Shown in pieces: positions 37,346 to 49,939 of a stretch of DNA of 64,000 nt. The DNA comes from Pristiophorus japonicus (Eukaryota): positions 33,480,001 through 33,544,000 of the forward strand of contig NC_091994.1 in assembly GCF_044704955.1 (NCBI RefSeq), read 5' to 3'. The notes beneath the pieces are model-generated. The model saw only the letters and a program-made list of their open reading frames with translations. It was not told where the DNA came from and ran no database searches. Numbering within the stretch: the first letter of the stretch is position 1; each line of letters starts with the position of its first letter. Position numbers and translations under genes: made by a program.

Positions 37346-39536
37346 CAAGGCAAGGCAAGGGACAATGTGTCTTTGCATCTGCAGATATTGGCCAAGCATA
37401 AAATGGCCCTCCTCATCGAGAACATGCAATACCTGTAGCACAGGAGCTGGCAATGACAGTCCCACTCTCCCACACTTTTCCCAATGGCCCTTTGGCATTC
37501 CCTCTTTAAGGAGAGATCCAGACCAAATTACCTAGAGTCCAAAAGGTCAGCAATATGGAGCCCTAAAAATGTATGCAAAGAAGCTAATGCAAACATGAGA
37601 CAATGCTTGCAAACAAAATACAAGCTTGGCAAAAATGCTCCCTTTAAGATGGCCTACTAAGCTGATCTTATTAATAGCTGACCAGATGAGCCCATTATTA
37701 TGGGGGTGAGGCCTCCACTATGGACAGAGCCTTGCTTGATGTCACAAAATCCATTGAAATTCTGCGGGGACCTAATTGCATATGTTTATTAGCCCCATGT
37801 ATGACTCAAGCCCCAAACCCAGGATTCGGATATACGGTGTCCTCAACCCGATTTTGTAACCTTGCTGACTGTGTGTGAGGCTCTGCTGGTGTTGGTAATG
37901 GTGTGGGGCTTAGTAAAAACAGGGCTTCAATATTTAAACAATGGTGTGAACAATGACTACTTGGGCAAAGTACCAGAGGACTGTCACTGCCTGTTGAACT
38001 GTACCCCAACAAAAGTCAGTGTCTTCAGGACAGCAAATTCTAAGGAAAAGCACATGGCAACTAAACACAGAGTATATAAAAAGTGTCTACAGATCTAGTC
38101 CAACAGGCCAGACTGCCACCGATCAGATTGGCATGCCCAATGATTCAGGCTGAGCAGATTAGAGTGCTAATGGAGCAGGTCAGCAGATTTGCATGCCTAC
38201 TAGTAATCACTCATCTGACCGACCATGAAAGAAGTCTCTTCCTCGCTCTTACATGCTGTCAGTGTTTGCTGTGCTCCAGTTATTGGACACCTTTCTCGTG
38301 ACCAAGCTTAGCGCTCAAGAAGGGTTGCAATATTTTTACCCTTGTCCCAACCTCATGATAACCAAAGCTGGATTGTGGCTACACTTGGAGCTGGCAAAAT
38401 AGTAACATATAACAGAATCACATGTAATCGTTAGGTAAGAGCAGCACTAAGCTTCAGATTTGTAATGGTTCTTAGCATTAGTAAAGAAGCTCCTTGTGTC
38501 ACATTGTTCCGTTAACAGTGTCCAGCAATTTAGTACAGTATATGAATAATTTTAGAATAATCCATTATAATTAAAAATATAAGAAATACCCAAATCTGTA
38601 TTTATATAGTATAGCACTTTGCTATCAGGGAGACAATGCCAGATTCACAGGATTAGTTAAAAAGACTTACATTTATATAGCGCCTTTCACGACCACCGGA
38701 TATCTCAAAGCAGAAAGCGCTTTACAGCCGATTAAGTACCTTTGGAGTGTAGTCACTGTTGGAATGTGGGAAACAGTTACCCGTTTAATGGAATTTGTGT
38801 AATTTGCCTCTCTTCTCCATCTGTTGTAGTTTATTTTGATCAGTCTGTTTTGTTTTGTCCTGTTGCACGAGGTGCCTATGTCCCTTGTTTCAGTATCTTC
38901 TGGTGTCCTCTGTTCCTGTGTCAGATGCATATAGCGTAGTCCGGAAAGGGCAAGTGCTCCGAAGGACAGGTAGCAGTGAGACTGAAGAGGGTTAATCTTA
39001 TTCACTCACTGACATAAGAAGGAGGATTAATGGAGTTACTTTTCCTTTTTATATCTGGCCTGGTTACTCTTAACAGGATTTCAAGCATTACTGCATGACC
39101 TGAAATAGCAGGCTCCATTTATTAAAATGTGTCGTTAGCAGAATAATTTCCTTTAATAGAAAGTAGATAAGCATTTTATAATAACCTGTCACTTTTACTA
39201 GCCATGCCCTACTATGCAAAGCTCCTGAAACCACTTCTCACATTATGGTGTGTGTCAATGCTTCATGTCTCATACTACAACAATAACTTACATTGATATA
39301 GTGCCTTTAACAGAGAAAAATCTGCCAAATTTCCACTTTAACCCTGGATATTCTGGTGCAGCAGACCCACATATTTTTAGGCCATTCATTTATTTATTTA
39401 TTACTTGTTGAGAGTAGCTATTCTGTAGGCCAAGCTACCTGAAACAATCTGGGCACTTTCAGGATCATGTCTATTTCAAACAGTATTTCTTCTGCCTCTC
39501 TGCAGCCAGAACCTCTCTCTACTCTAAATTCAACCT

Positions 39537-40247
39537 TGAAGGCGAAACAAAGGCCTCCTCGTAGGACTGCTCCTGGGCGTAGCTAAGGTGGCCATCAACC
39601 GGTCCAGGCAGCGGGCGATCGAGTGGGTCGTTCAGCCCGACTGCCTGCCTCTCCTTTCCGCGGTTACATCCGAGCCAGGGTGGCCTTGGAGATGGAGCAT
39701 GTGGTGTCCACCAATATGCTTGTGGCCTTCCGCGAGAGGTGGGCACCGGAGGGACTAGAATGCATCATCAACCCCGCCAACCAAATTTTAATTTGATTTA
39801 ATATTACCGTCCAAAGTTTAATTTGTTTATGTCGGTTTTAGTGCCCCCCTCTAATCAGGGGAAACTTGACTTACAGGTGCATTTTAAAATAGTTGAAGGC
39901 GAAGCTAAGGCCTCCTCGTAGGACAGCTCCTGGGCATGGCCAAGGTGGCCATCGACCGGTCCAGGCAGCGGCAGTCAAAGGAGTCGTTCAGCCCGACTGC
40001 GTGCCTCTCTTCCGTGGTTACATCCGAGCTGGAGATGGAGCACACGGTGTCCACTGGTACGCTTGCAGCCTTCCGCGAGAGGTGGGCACCGGAGGGACTG
40101 GAGTGCATCATCACCCCCGGCAACCACATTTTAACTTGATTTATGTTTGTGGTTAAAAGTTAATTGGTTTAATTGTCGGTTTTAGTGCCTCCCGTTAATA
40201 AGGGGGCACTTGATTTATGGTTTTACACAAAATAGCTGAAGGCGAAG
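39537..40247 (+). mobile_element. Two tandem copies of a Tx1-like LINE 3' end
   Basis: Units 39537-39893 and 39894-40236, each encoding LLG.AKVAI.RSRQ...AFRERWAPEGLECII followed by a 3' UTR; tgaaggcgaa occurs at all three junctions. Confidence 0.7.
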
Positions 40248-40291
40248 TTAACCCAAATCTCCAATTTAAAAAGCTCACCCCACATCCAGAC

Positions 40292-40432
40292 TAGGGTTGC
40301 CAACTCTCCAGGATTGTCCTAGAGTCTCCAGGAATTGAAGATTAATCTCCAGCTCACTGCTGCAAGCAACCTAGGGTGGAGGTCATTTGATGAAACCTCC
40401 AGGAATACTTTCAGCCAGAGTTGGCAACCTTA
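40292..40432. mobile_element. hAT-like MITE (141 bp)
   Basis: TIRs tagggttgccaactct / agagttggcaacctta; imperfect 8-bp TSD atccagac / acccagcc. Confidence 0.72.
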
Positions 40433-40442
40433 ACCCAGCCCA

Positions 40443-40525
40443 GCTCCCTTTCCATACCTAACCCACCCCGTCTCCCATTCCCATACCTAACCCACCCCAT
40501 CTCCCATTCCCATATCTAACCCACC
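40443..40525. repeat. Short tandem repeat, ~29-bp unit x3
   Basis: ctcccattcccatacctaacccacccc repeated. Confidence 0.75.
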
Positions 40526-40589
40526 TCACACCAAACGAAACCAGAGATAGATATTTCCATCTCACCTCACTGCCCGCCTCCTCATTGCA

Positions 40590-40842
40590 GACCCGCGAAC
40601 CTGATTGGTGAAATGTCTGTGCCAGGAATAATGCTGCGCAATTTGATTGGACTAATATTTATTGGGCAAATCTGTTCTATTATGTATTTGATTGGCCAGC
40701 GTCGTTCACATCCCCTGCTGTGATTGGCAGAGACCGTGCGCCAATTCTGTGCTGTGATTGGCGGAGGGAGTGATTGACGGGCGGAAGGTGCGTTATGATA
40801 GGCTGCTCCAGGCTCGCTCCTTGAAAGGCGGGAAGGCCGACG
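40590..40842. promoter_or_regulatory. POLE4 proximal promoter: CCAAT-box cluster plus E2F- and CHR-like sites
   Basis: ATTGG at 40604, 40646, 40661, 40691, 40723, 40757 and CCAAT at 40741; CTTGAA ~40820; GGCGGGAA ~40827; CpG-rich into exon 1. Confidence 0.68.
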
Positions 40843-41082
40843 ATGGAGGAACGGGAGAGTGTGGCGCTGGCAGCAGCGGCGGTCGAGCAGGATCAGGAGC
40901 CGGCCCAAAGCCCGCAGCTGGACGCTGAGGCTGAAGTGGAGCGGCCGAGCTGCTCCCCGAGCGCTGGGCTGCAGCACAAGCTGCTCCGGCTGCCGCTGAG
41001 CCGCATCAAGGCGCTGATGAAGGCGGACCCCGAGGTGTCGCTGGCTAGTCAGGAGGCCGTGTTCGCCATCGGCAAAGCTGCG
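40843..41082 (+). CDS. POLE4: DNA polymerase epsilon subunit 4, exon 1
   Basis: ATG 40843; histone-fold start RLPLSRIKALMKADPEVSLASQEAVFAIGKAA; donor GTGAGT at 41083. Confidence 0.93.
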
Positions 41083-41499
41083 GTGAGTGTGTGACGGGCG
41101 GCGACCGCTCGCGGGAGCCCAGGCCTGGCAGCGTTGGAGGCAGCTGGTCCAACCTGCAGTTCAGTCGCCGCCTCCAGTGGGCAAACCCGCCAGTGTTTAG
41201 TACACCTGCAAATCATGTTACATGTACTGTGCAAATAAGGGTATTACATTGAGCAGTTAAGAACAGGTTTACATTACATTCCAGGATACATTTCAATACC
41301 GATCATGTATCATGTTATATGTAGCACTATGCAGGTGAAAGCAGTACATGGAACAGATGAGTATATTTACATTTCTTTACAAGTTATTAAACAGTACAGA
41401 GACTTTCATTATACATGGCACAACACAGGTGTTTTTCAGTACATGGTGCTCTGTATACAAGCAGATTAACAAGTACAGCCTGAGGGGGGTCTGATTCCA

Positions 41500-41830
41500 T
41501 CACCTGAATTTAACGTGGCAGAAGGGCCTTAAACTGTGGCTCTTCCCCACCGTGCCTTTGCGGTGACTGCACCAACCTTTAGTGTGCCCCTCAGCACGTA
41601 CTCCTGGACTTTGGGTTGCGCCAGTCTGTGATGCTTGGCTGTGGACATCTCTGTGCTCTGGAAGACCAGCAAGTTTTGGGAAGACTGAAGTTTGTCTTTC
41701 ACCGAGTTGATGGCTCTCCAGCAGCAGATGATGTCTGTCTTGTGCGTCCCTGGGAACAAATCTGTAGAGCATGGTGTTACGGAGCTGATTGGGAGTACTA
41801 CCTTTTAAAAGGTGTTCAATAAATACATGT
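41500..41830 (-). mobile_element. Tx1-like LINE 3' fragment in POLE4 intron 1
   Basis: LFPGTH..TDI.CCWR.INSVKD...LLVFQ...KVQEYVLR..LK.GA..AKA.WG..TV. Confidence 0.7.
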
Positions 41831-42379
41831 TGAGGCTGCCCCTCTGATTAACTGTTACTGTTGTACAGTCACCCTGCACAGGATGGTGTGGATGGTCCAG
41901 TGATGACTCCTATTAGGAGCCCCCACCACCCTCCTTTCATTCTAAAGCTAAAAGTCATTCATAACTCAGCCCTTTGGGTCTGCTGCCTTCTCTTGCTGCT
42001 TCCAGGACTTGAGGATTTTTGTTCTGTATCAGTCAGTAGACTGTAGTGCTCAACAACTTGCACTTGTATATCTATCGGTCCCAAGGTACTTCATAGGAGT
42101 GTAATCACAAAAATGACACTAAGCTAAAGATATTAGGATGGGACCAAAAGCTTGATTAAAGAGGTACATTTTAAGGAGGGTAGAGTGGTTTGGGGAGGGA
42201 ATTTGAGTTTAGGTCCAAGACAGCTGAATGCACAGCTGCTGATGGTGGTATGAAGGAAGTGGGATCACACTCCAATTATTTTACAGAAGCATCTCATTAT
42301 AGAAATCTTCCCTAATATGACTGGATTCCTGTCACACTGACTGCATCCAGTTTTTGCTATAGGTGCACTTCCTACATAA

Positions 42380-43570
42380 ATAGGAGTAGGCCATAGGGCT
42401 CCTCAAGCCTGCTCTACCATTTAATATGATCATGGCTGATCCGATCATTGATTCTGGTCTACTTCCCTGCCTGCTCCCCATAACCCCTTATTCCCTTATC
42501 GGTAAAGAAACTATCTACCTCAGTCTTAAATTTAATCAATGACCCAGCTTCCACAGCTGAGGCAGTGAATTCCACAGATTTACAACCCTCAGAAGAAATT
42601 CCTCCTCATCTCAGTTTTAAATGGGTGGCCCCTTATTCTAAGATGATTCCCCCTAGTTCTAGTCTCCCCATCAGTGGAAACCTCCTCTCTGCATCCACCT
42701 TGTCAAGCCCCCTCATAATCGTATACATTTTGATTAGATCACCTTTCATTCTTCTGAATTCCAATGAGTAGAGGCCCAACCGACTCAACCTTTCCTCATA
42801 AGCCAACCCCCTCATCTCTGGAATCAACTTAGTGAACCTTCTCTGAACTGCCTCCAAAGCAAGTATATCCTTTCTTAAATATGGAAACCAAAACTGTATG
42901 CAATATTCTAGGTGTGGCCTCACCAATACCTTGTAACTGTAGCAAGATTTCCCTGCTTTTATACTCTATCCCCTTTGCAATAAAGACCAAGATTCCATTG
43001 GCCTTTCTGATCACTTGCTATACCTGCATACTAACCTTTTGTGTTTCATGCACCAGGACTGCCAGGTCTTGCTGTACTGCAGCATTTTGCAATTTTTCTA
43101 CATTTAAATAATAACTTGCTCTTTGATTTTTTTTTTTCTGCCAAAGTGCATGACCTCACACTGTCCAACATTATACTCCATCTGTCAAATTTTTGCCCAC
43201 TCACTTAGCCTGTCTGTCCTTTTGCAGATTTTGTGTCCTCACACATTGCCTTTCCTCCCATTTTTGTATCGTCTGCAAACTTGGCTACGTTACACTGGGT
43301 CCCTTCATCCAAGTCGTTAATATAGATTGTAAATAGTTGGGGTCCCAGCACTGATCCCTGCAGCACCCCACTAGTTACTGATTGCCAATCCGAGAATGAA
43401 CCATTTATCCGAACTCTGTTTTCTGTTAGTTAGCCAATCCTCTATCCATGCTAATATATTACCCCCAAACCTGTGAACTTTTATTTTGTGCAGTAACCTT
43501 TTTATGTGGCACCTTGTCAAATGCCTTCTGGAAGTCCAAATACACCACATCCACTGATTCCCCTTTATCC
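42380..43570 (-). mobile_element. CR1 fragment in POLE4 intron 1
   Basis: VRPHLEYCIQFWFPYLRKDIL...; RT motifs and CR1 3' UTR on the minus strand. Confidence 0.88.
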
Positions 43571-45199
43571 TCTCCTCTCTTTCCCCTGCCCCCCCCCCCC
43601 CCCCCAACATGTTGTATTTGGGGCTGCATTGCTCAAGCACACTGAATATGTTGGGATGCACCACAGGTCTAATCAATTCTGAGTGAGCTGTACTTGAATT
43701 TGTCACGCATTAAAAATGAGATACGGTCATACAGTATTGGGAAAGTGGTTCTGTATGTTACAGCAGTGACTATAATTCAAAGTTACTTAATTGGCTGTAC
43801 AGTACTTTGGGAAGCCCCGAGGTCATGAAAGGTGTATATAAATGCAAATCTTTTTTTATAATCCTATAAGTGGTTCTGTAAAATCTTTGGGGTGTGATCC
43901 CATTGGAAGACTCTTGCCTAATCTGCCACACCTCTCTGCAAATGTAACTGGTGTCTATGGTGACTTTTGGATGTTCCTAATGTTGGGAGGCCAGGGTGCT
44001 GAAAGTCTGCTGGTCTGTATGTTTGGGCAGTGAAGGTAATCCTCCTGTTGGCGGATGTAAAATGGCAGGCACAACCTGGAGGCTGATGGCAGCTGCTTGT
44101 CATCTTGTTGATGCCAGTGCCAATATATTCCTTTTTATAGGGTTGTCTTCCTGGTCAAGAGCCATTGTGGTGTAATCACAATGTAAGCTGCAGTGTGCCA
44201 ACTTTGCCAATCACTTTCCATCATCAAAAAGCATACATGTAGTTTAGCCACAATGTGTGCAGTCACCATGATGGCTGGTAACCAATAGGATTACTGGCTA
44301 ATGGATATGGGATAAGTGAGGGTGGATTCCCTGACTTTTAACCACAATTTGCCAAGTAACATAGTAATAGTTTGGGGAGGCAGAGACTATTTGTCCATCT
44401 AGCCTACCCATTCAAGTCTGATCATATTTCTAATAAGACTGTCCCTTTCCTAACTAATCATGCAGTCTTTTTTTTTAAACCTACCATAGCTTTCTGTCCC
44501 AGCAATGTCATTGGTAATCTGTTCCACAGTTTTATCTTGCTGAAAAAGTGTTGACTAAATTTACCATTTTCTCCTGATGCCCTTAACTTTTAAGTTGTGT
44601 CCTGCAGTCCTTGATTGTTCTGCCTGACAGAAGAACCTTCTGAATTAAAAGTCTCCACATCGATGAACGGTTTAATCACTTTTATCAAGTCTGTCGTCAT
44701 TGTCGTCCCATTCTCTTTTCTTCCCTCCTTCCCTTCTTCCCCCCCCCCCCCCCCCCCCCGCCCTTCCCCAAACTTACTCCTCCAGAGAGTAAAGTCCTTG
44801 GGTAGGTTTTTTTTCCTTCAGCCCTCTAAGTTCAGGAATCTGGGTTTTTTTTGTGTAGATTAATTTCATCTCGTTACACAGCCTGACCTGATGGTTCTGC
44901 CTGAGATCATGTAATCTCTAGTATTAAACAGTGACATTGATCATATTACTTGGGAGAGTGGATTAATGAAGCTTTAGACTTGGCTCCTGTTGTTTGCTAA
45001 TGAAGCAAAGGAAACTGTTCTTGCTCCTTGAGGAGCAGAGTGGGCTGTCCGAGGGAGGAGGTGTTGGGCCTGGTTGGGGAAGAGACAAGAGGTGAACTGG
45101 GCCTTCTGGAAGTATGTGTCTGGCCCCTTTAGAGAGAGGGTATACTGGGCAATGTGGGTACCCCAGTGATTGAACAACGTGTTTGGTTTCTCCCGACAG

Positions 45200-45284
45200 G
45201 AGCTGTTTGTTGAGGTGATTGCAAAGGATGCGTACATATACGCTCTGCAGGGAAAACGAAAAACTATCCAACGCAAGGACTTGG
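45200..45284 (+). CDS. POLE4: POLE4 exon 2
   Basis: Acceptor cccgacAG; ELFVEVIAKDAYIYALQGKRKTIQRKDL; donor GTGAGT; 85 nt. Confidence 0.93.
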
Positions 45285-45478
45285 GTGAGTCTGCCAGCAG
45301 CTTCTGTCATGCAGCACTGAGTTGTCAGCCCTTGTGAGGGTCTTTGTATGTGAGATTATGACGTGTGTGAGAGGCTAGGTTCTGAGGTGTTGAGTTTGCT
45401 TCGGTGAGAGTGTCAGTTGTGGTTTAAATCTGAAGTTGTCCACATTGCTGAATGATGCCTTTTTTATTTCTCTTTCAG

Positions 45479-45520
45479 ATAATGCCGTTGATGCTGCAGA
45501 TGAATTTGCATTTTTAGAAG
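45479..45520 (+). CDS. POLE4: POLE4 exon 3
   Basis: Acceptor tctttcAG; (D)NAVDAADEFAFLE; donor GTGAGT; 42 nt. Confidence 0.92.
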
Positions 45521-46252
45521 GTGAGTGCTTCCTCCCTCTGTCTAGCAGCCAGTAATCTTTGTTGTGGCAGGTATTTTCTCCTGCCCCTGCTGCCGTTCCA
45601 ATGTAATTCCTGGATATTGTTCTCCCTGCTCAGTGCAGGTGTGATTGGTTCCGTAACTTGTATTGCTTTGTGCTCATCCAGTAGTTGGTGTTGTTGCTGC
45701 AAGGTGCAGCAGACAGTTACCTTGAGTTAAGCTACTGATGTGAAAGCTCAGGCTTGTTGAATTGCACAAACTGTCTGTTCAGGTCAGCTCGATTGTGCTG
45801 GTGTTAATCTGCCGCATGAGCAATAGTACTAATGCCATGTGCCTACCCTGTTCCATCAACTGCCTATCTAACCTATTCTGAAATGTTGACGTGATCTCTG
45901 CTTCAATCAGACTCTGGTGGTAAATTCCACAGCCTTTCAAAGCTCAGTCATAAATCTCTTCCATTTAATCTTTTATCTATGCCCCCTTGTTCTAGACCCT
46001 TCTGTCTCCTTGTTGTAGACCTCCTCAATCACTGGAAATAGTTTATATCTACTGTCTCATCCCATCATAATTTTAAATGCTTTTTATCAAATCACTCGAT
46101 CTTTTTTCTAATGAAAATCACCACAATTTTTCAAGTCTTTTTGTCGTATTTATATTTCCTCATACCAGGCAGCATCCCAGTGAATCTGCATTGTATACCC
46201 TCTCAATTGCTGCTTGTTTGTATCCCAGTTTCACTATTCTTTATTCTTCCAG

Positions 46253-46266
46253 GAACTCTGGAGTGA
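46253..46266 (+). CDS. POLE4: POLE4 exon 4, coding part (GTLE-stop)
   Basis: Acceptor ttcttccAG then GA ACT CTG GAG TGA, matching the ...FLEGTLD-type end of POLE4; total 381 nt = 126 aa + stop. Confidence 0.85.
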
Positions 46267-49200
46267 AATGGTGACGAGCTTCACTGGAGGTCAAAGTGAC
46301 TGCGTAGATGGAAAGCTGTGTTCGGAGATTCTCACTATATACTTGTATGTACATTTTGTATCATTTGTAAAAAGGGAGTTGTACCTGTTAGGAACTGTGA
46401 TTCCAGGTCTGAATGTTTGCAGATTAAATGGCTACATTACATTAACAAACTTCTGTCACTTTTGTTTTCAATATTACGTTTAACCACAGGACCTTTTCAA
46501 TCATGCTGTGGGTGGGGTATACATGTGTGCATGCCTATTAGGCAGGATCAGTAGTTTATACAAAATAGACGATCTCTCTTGCAATATAACTCGCTAGCAC
46601 AACAAGCCCATGATGTATATCATCTTAGTGGGTGTAATGATACCACATTACTGTAGGCTTGTGCAAGGCTTCAGGGCACTGCAATATAAAAATCACTGGC
46701 TTTTGCTGCTATTAGACATACAGCTAGAGCTGATCTGAAATCTGCACTGCTAAGTTTCTGTTCTTCTCGTGTTTAACTACCTGAACCCTCTGTTAATTCC
46801 AACCTAAAACCTACTCCCAGGGACCCACTATTCTATCTCGTTCATATTAGTTTCTAATTCACTTCCAGATTGTCTTTCTATGTAATGTAGGAGGATTGGT
46901 ATGTATTGAATAATGTTTGCGATGTCTGACCTTTACACCTACTAAATAATTAATTGGTTATTTATGCTTCTTGAAGTCATCTTTGTGCCACACAAGTACC
47001 AGTACCAGGCATCAGTCACTACAACAGCCACACTATTTCCTGCTCTCTTGAACCTATTTTTCTTGAACCAAAATCACTTTCACCCCTCCTCCTTCCAAGG
47101 TTTTCCTGCTTGTCAGCCTGGTCACTAGCAAGGGACGTCACTCTCTGATACACATGGCAAATAATGCACTTGTGGCATTCAGTTTGGTGTCTGCTTGCAG
47201 GGGCCTTGGGCAGTAATGCATCTCTCTGCTATTGGGTACACAAGGGATGTTGTGCAGTGCCACCAGGTACTGCAGTATGGACTTGGTGGGGAAGATTTTC
47301 TTTCTAATTAAACTTGTGTAACACTTATCCTGTTGACATACATGCAAGTGATTATCCCCTTTGTGTAATCCCACATAACCTAACTTTTCTAATTTAATGT
47401 GACCTGTGCATCATATGTTTTGCTTCTCCCCGCACCCCCCCCCCCCTCCAAATATAGGGAAAACAAAAAGCCTCCAATAAATCACAATGAAATTGTTCAG
47501 CTGCAATTAAAGCTGATTGCAATGCCTGTGAATGCCAACAGCCAGTGAGAGTCTCTGGTTTTGAAGGATAGTGATTAAGGACTACTTGGGCTTTCTCTTT
47601 TGACTAAGCTCCATTTTTACTGAGCTTTCTGATTTTTGACTGGGTACTGCTCTTTTCCCACCCTTTTATTTATTTTTTTTAATCAGAGCTGTTTCAATTG
47701 TCTCTCTGCCTGGTTGAATCTATAAGACCATGTTTTGATTGTGCTGCGTGATTGTATTGTGATGCCTGGCAGCACGATGACACATTCTTTCAGGCTGGGT
47801 GTCTGATTGGAGTTGAAGGTCTTTGTTTGTTTTTCTTTGCCTCTTGACTCAAGGCTGTGGGTTCAAGCTCCACTGACTTGAGCACATAATCTAGACATAA
47901 TGTTTCAGAGCAATATTGCAACATCTAAAAAAAAATTTTAATAGGTTGATCAGAAAGGTAAAGAAAGATTTGGGGGAGGAGGGGGAAGAGAATGGCTGCA
48001 GGTGCAAATCATAACGGTAAGAAGTGCCTTTGGTACTTCCAGTGAGCGGTTAGTCAGAGAGGAGCTGACAACCTTAAAAATGCAAATAGGCTCAAAACGG
48101 GACAAGCACAAGGAAGTAAACATTCTGAATGATTGATGTTTAAAAAGCCTTTATTATATAAAAAAAGACTCCAGGGATAGATAGTAATTATCCCAGCATA
48201 ATAAAGGGAGCAGATCTATGCAGCATTGATAATCATTGAGGGAGTTGCTGGAAAATAGGGAGGAACCAATAGATTAGAAACCGGCTAACACGGTATCCAT
48301 ATTTAAAAGGCAAGTTCTTTCGCCATCCATTTGAGGCAGCCAGAAGGCCCCAAAGCCAATTATTGCTGTTGCTACAGGCTTTTCTCCTGCTTCCAAGCAT
48401 AAGGCCTTGCCAAGAGGTGGTCATGTGCGGGCGATTGGTAGGTCCTGGGTATCGACCTGAATTCAGAAATATAGGTGGGTTCATGGCAAATCGGATGGAG
48501 CTCACTTTGCCTTATTTGTGCCCAAGTTTTTGGGTTGGGTGAGGGGGAAATCGGCTCTAAATTGTATGATAGTATATGTAAAGGTGGGTGAGGAAGAATC
48601 TGGCCATTTATAATTGGGGGAGGGGACAAATGAGATTAAATGTTTAGGAGACAGACAGTGAGACTAACAGGAGTTGGCAGCACAATGATGTGCATTTGAG
48701 GGAAACTAACAGTAAAGAGATTTTGAAAATAACAAAAACTGAAGGAAAGAGTGAGAATAGCAGAGATGAGAGAAAATAAATGTGACTAGGAGAGCAACAG
48801 TCTTGAGTGCAAAGACTGAATTGCAGTTAGTGGTAGTGAATGAGAATAACGGGGACAAAAACAATGGACTTGGAGAGGGGGGAAAAAAAAGAACAAAGCA
48901 AGAATAACAGGAGAGAATAGGATTGAGAAGTGGAAGGATTGAGAGTCAGTGAGAAAAGTGACCATGTGAGACAATAACTGAAGGAGGGTGAGAATGGAAG
49001 AATAAGATTGAGACTAACTGAGGGAGAGTGACAGAAAATCGTGGAAAGATGGGTTGGGGAATAACTGAGGGGAGAATGCCTGTGTGAAAGAGATCATTCT
49101 TGTGTTGTTTCATGCTTTGTTCTTTAGCAGTTTACAAATGCGTTGAAATCACCCAAGTTTACAGTGCTGTATTCTGTATAATCCATTTACATTTATTTGA

Positions 49201-49535
49201 TAAACATTTAATTAGATATTATGAACTCTGGCAATAGTTTTCATGGATCCTGTATATATTAATACATCTATATATAAAATTATATACACATATGCATATT
49301 CTACAACTGACTGTCTGCTTATGGAGTCATTGCACCTTGCTTTCTGGAGAGGCTGTTAAAGTCAATTTCTTGGATATGTAGCTTACTTTCATGATTATGC
49401 TTTGAAAGAGCTTCCTGGACCAAGTTCCAGGTCTCTTGAAGATATCTGTTTCTCCCCTCAAGAGCCAGTCATTGTGCATGGTTATGGTTTCCTGGCTGGT
49501 GCAATTGGGTGATGATCGAAGGGGTCAGTGATGGT

Positions 49536-49939
49536 TTAATGGCACCCACAACTGCCAGCAACCATGTCGTCATATTGTTTCAGGACCACATTCTCATCGT
49601 CATCAAAATAAAGAAGATTGATGGAGAAGAGCTTGTCTGGGACGCAGCATGGAGATGCCACGCCTTTAGTTAGCTTAAGAGCATTGATGATGGACTGGAC
49701 AGTGGCGTGGTTGGTGGGTCTCATGTTTTGGCCCAGTGGGAAGACACATGATCCTTTACAATGGTAGGCATTGTAACCCCGAGGGGAGATAATCCAACCA
49801 GACCAGCCAATCTCTTCAAAGTCTACATATAGAGGATACCTCTGACATGCAAGGAAATCCAAGGACCTAGTGCTCCGGCTCTGGCTTACTTTGTTCTGGA
49901 GCGTCGTATCATGGAGAAATGGAGTCTCTGTGGCAACAT
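49536..49939 (-). CDS. admp: Anti-dorsalizing morphogenetic protein, exon 5 (furin site and mature TGF-beta domain)
   Basis: Acceptor ctttcAG; RSTR; CQRYPLYVDFEEIGWSGWIISPRGYNAYHCKG...CCVPDKL...MVAGSCGCH with seven knot/dimer cysteines; TAA. Confidence 0.94.
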
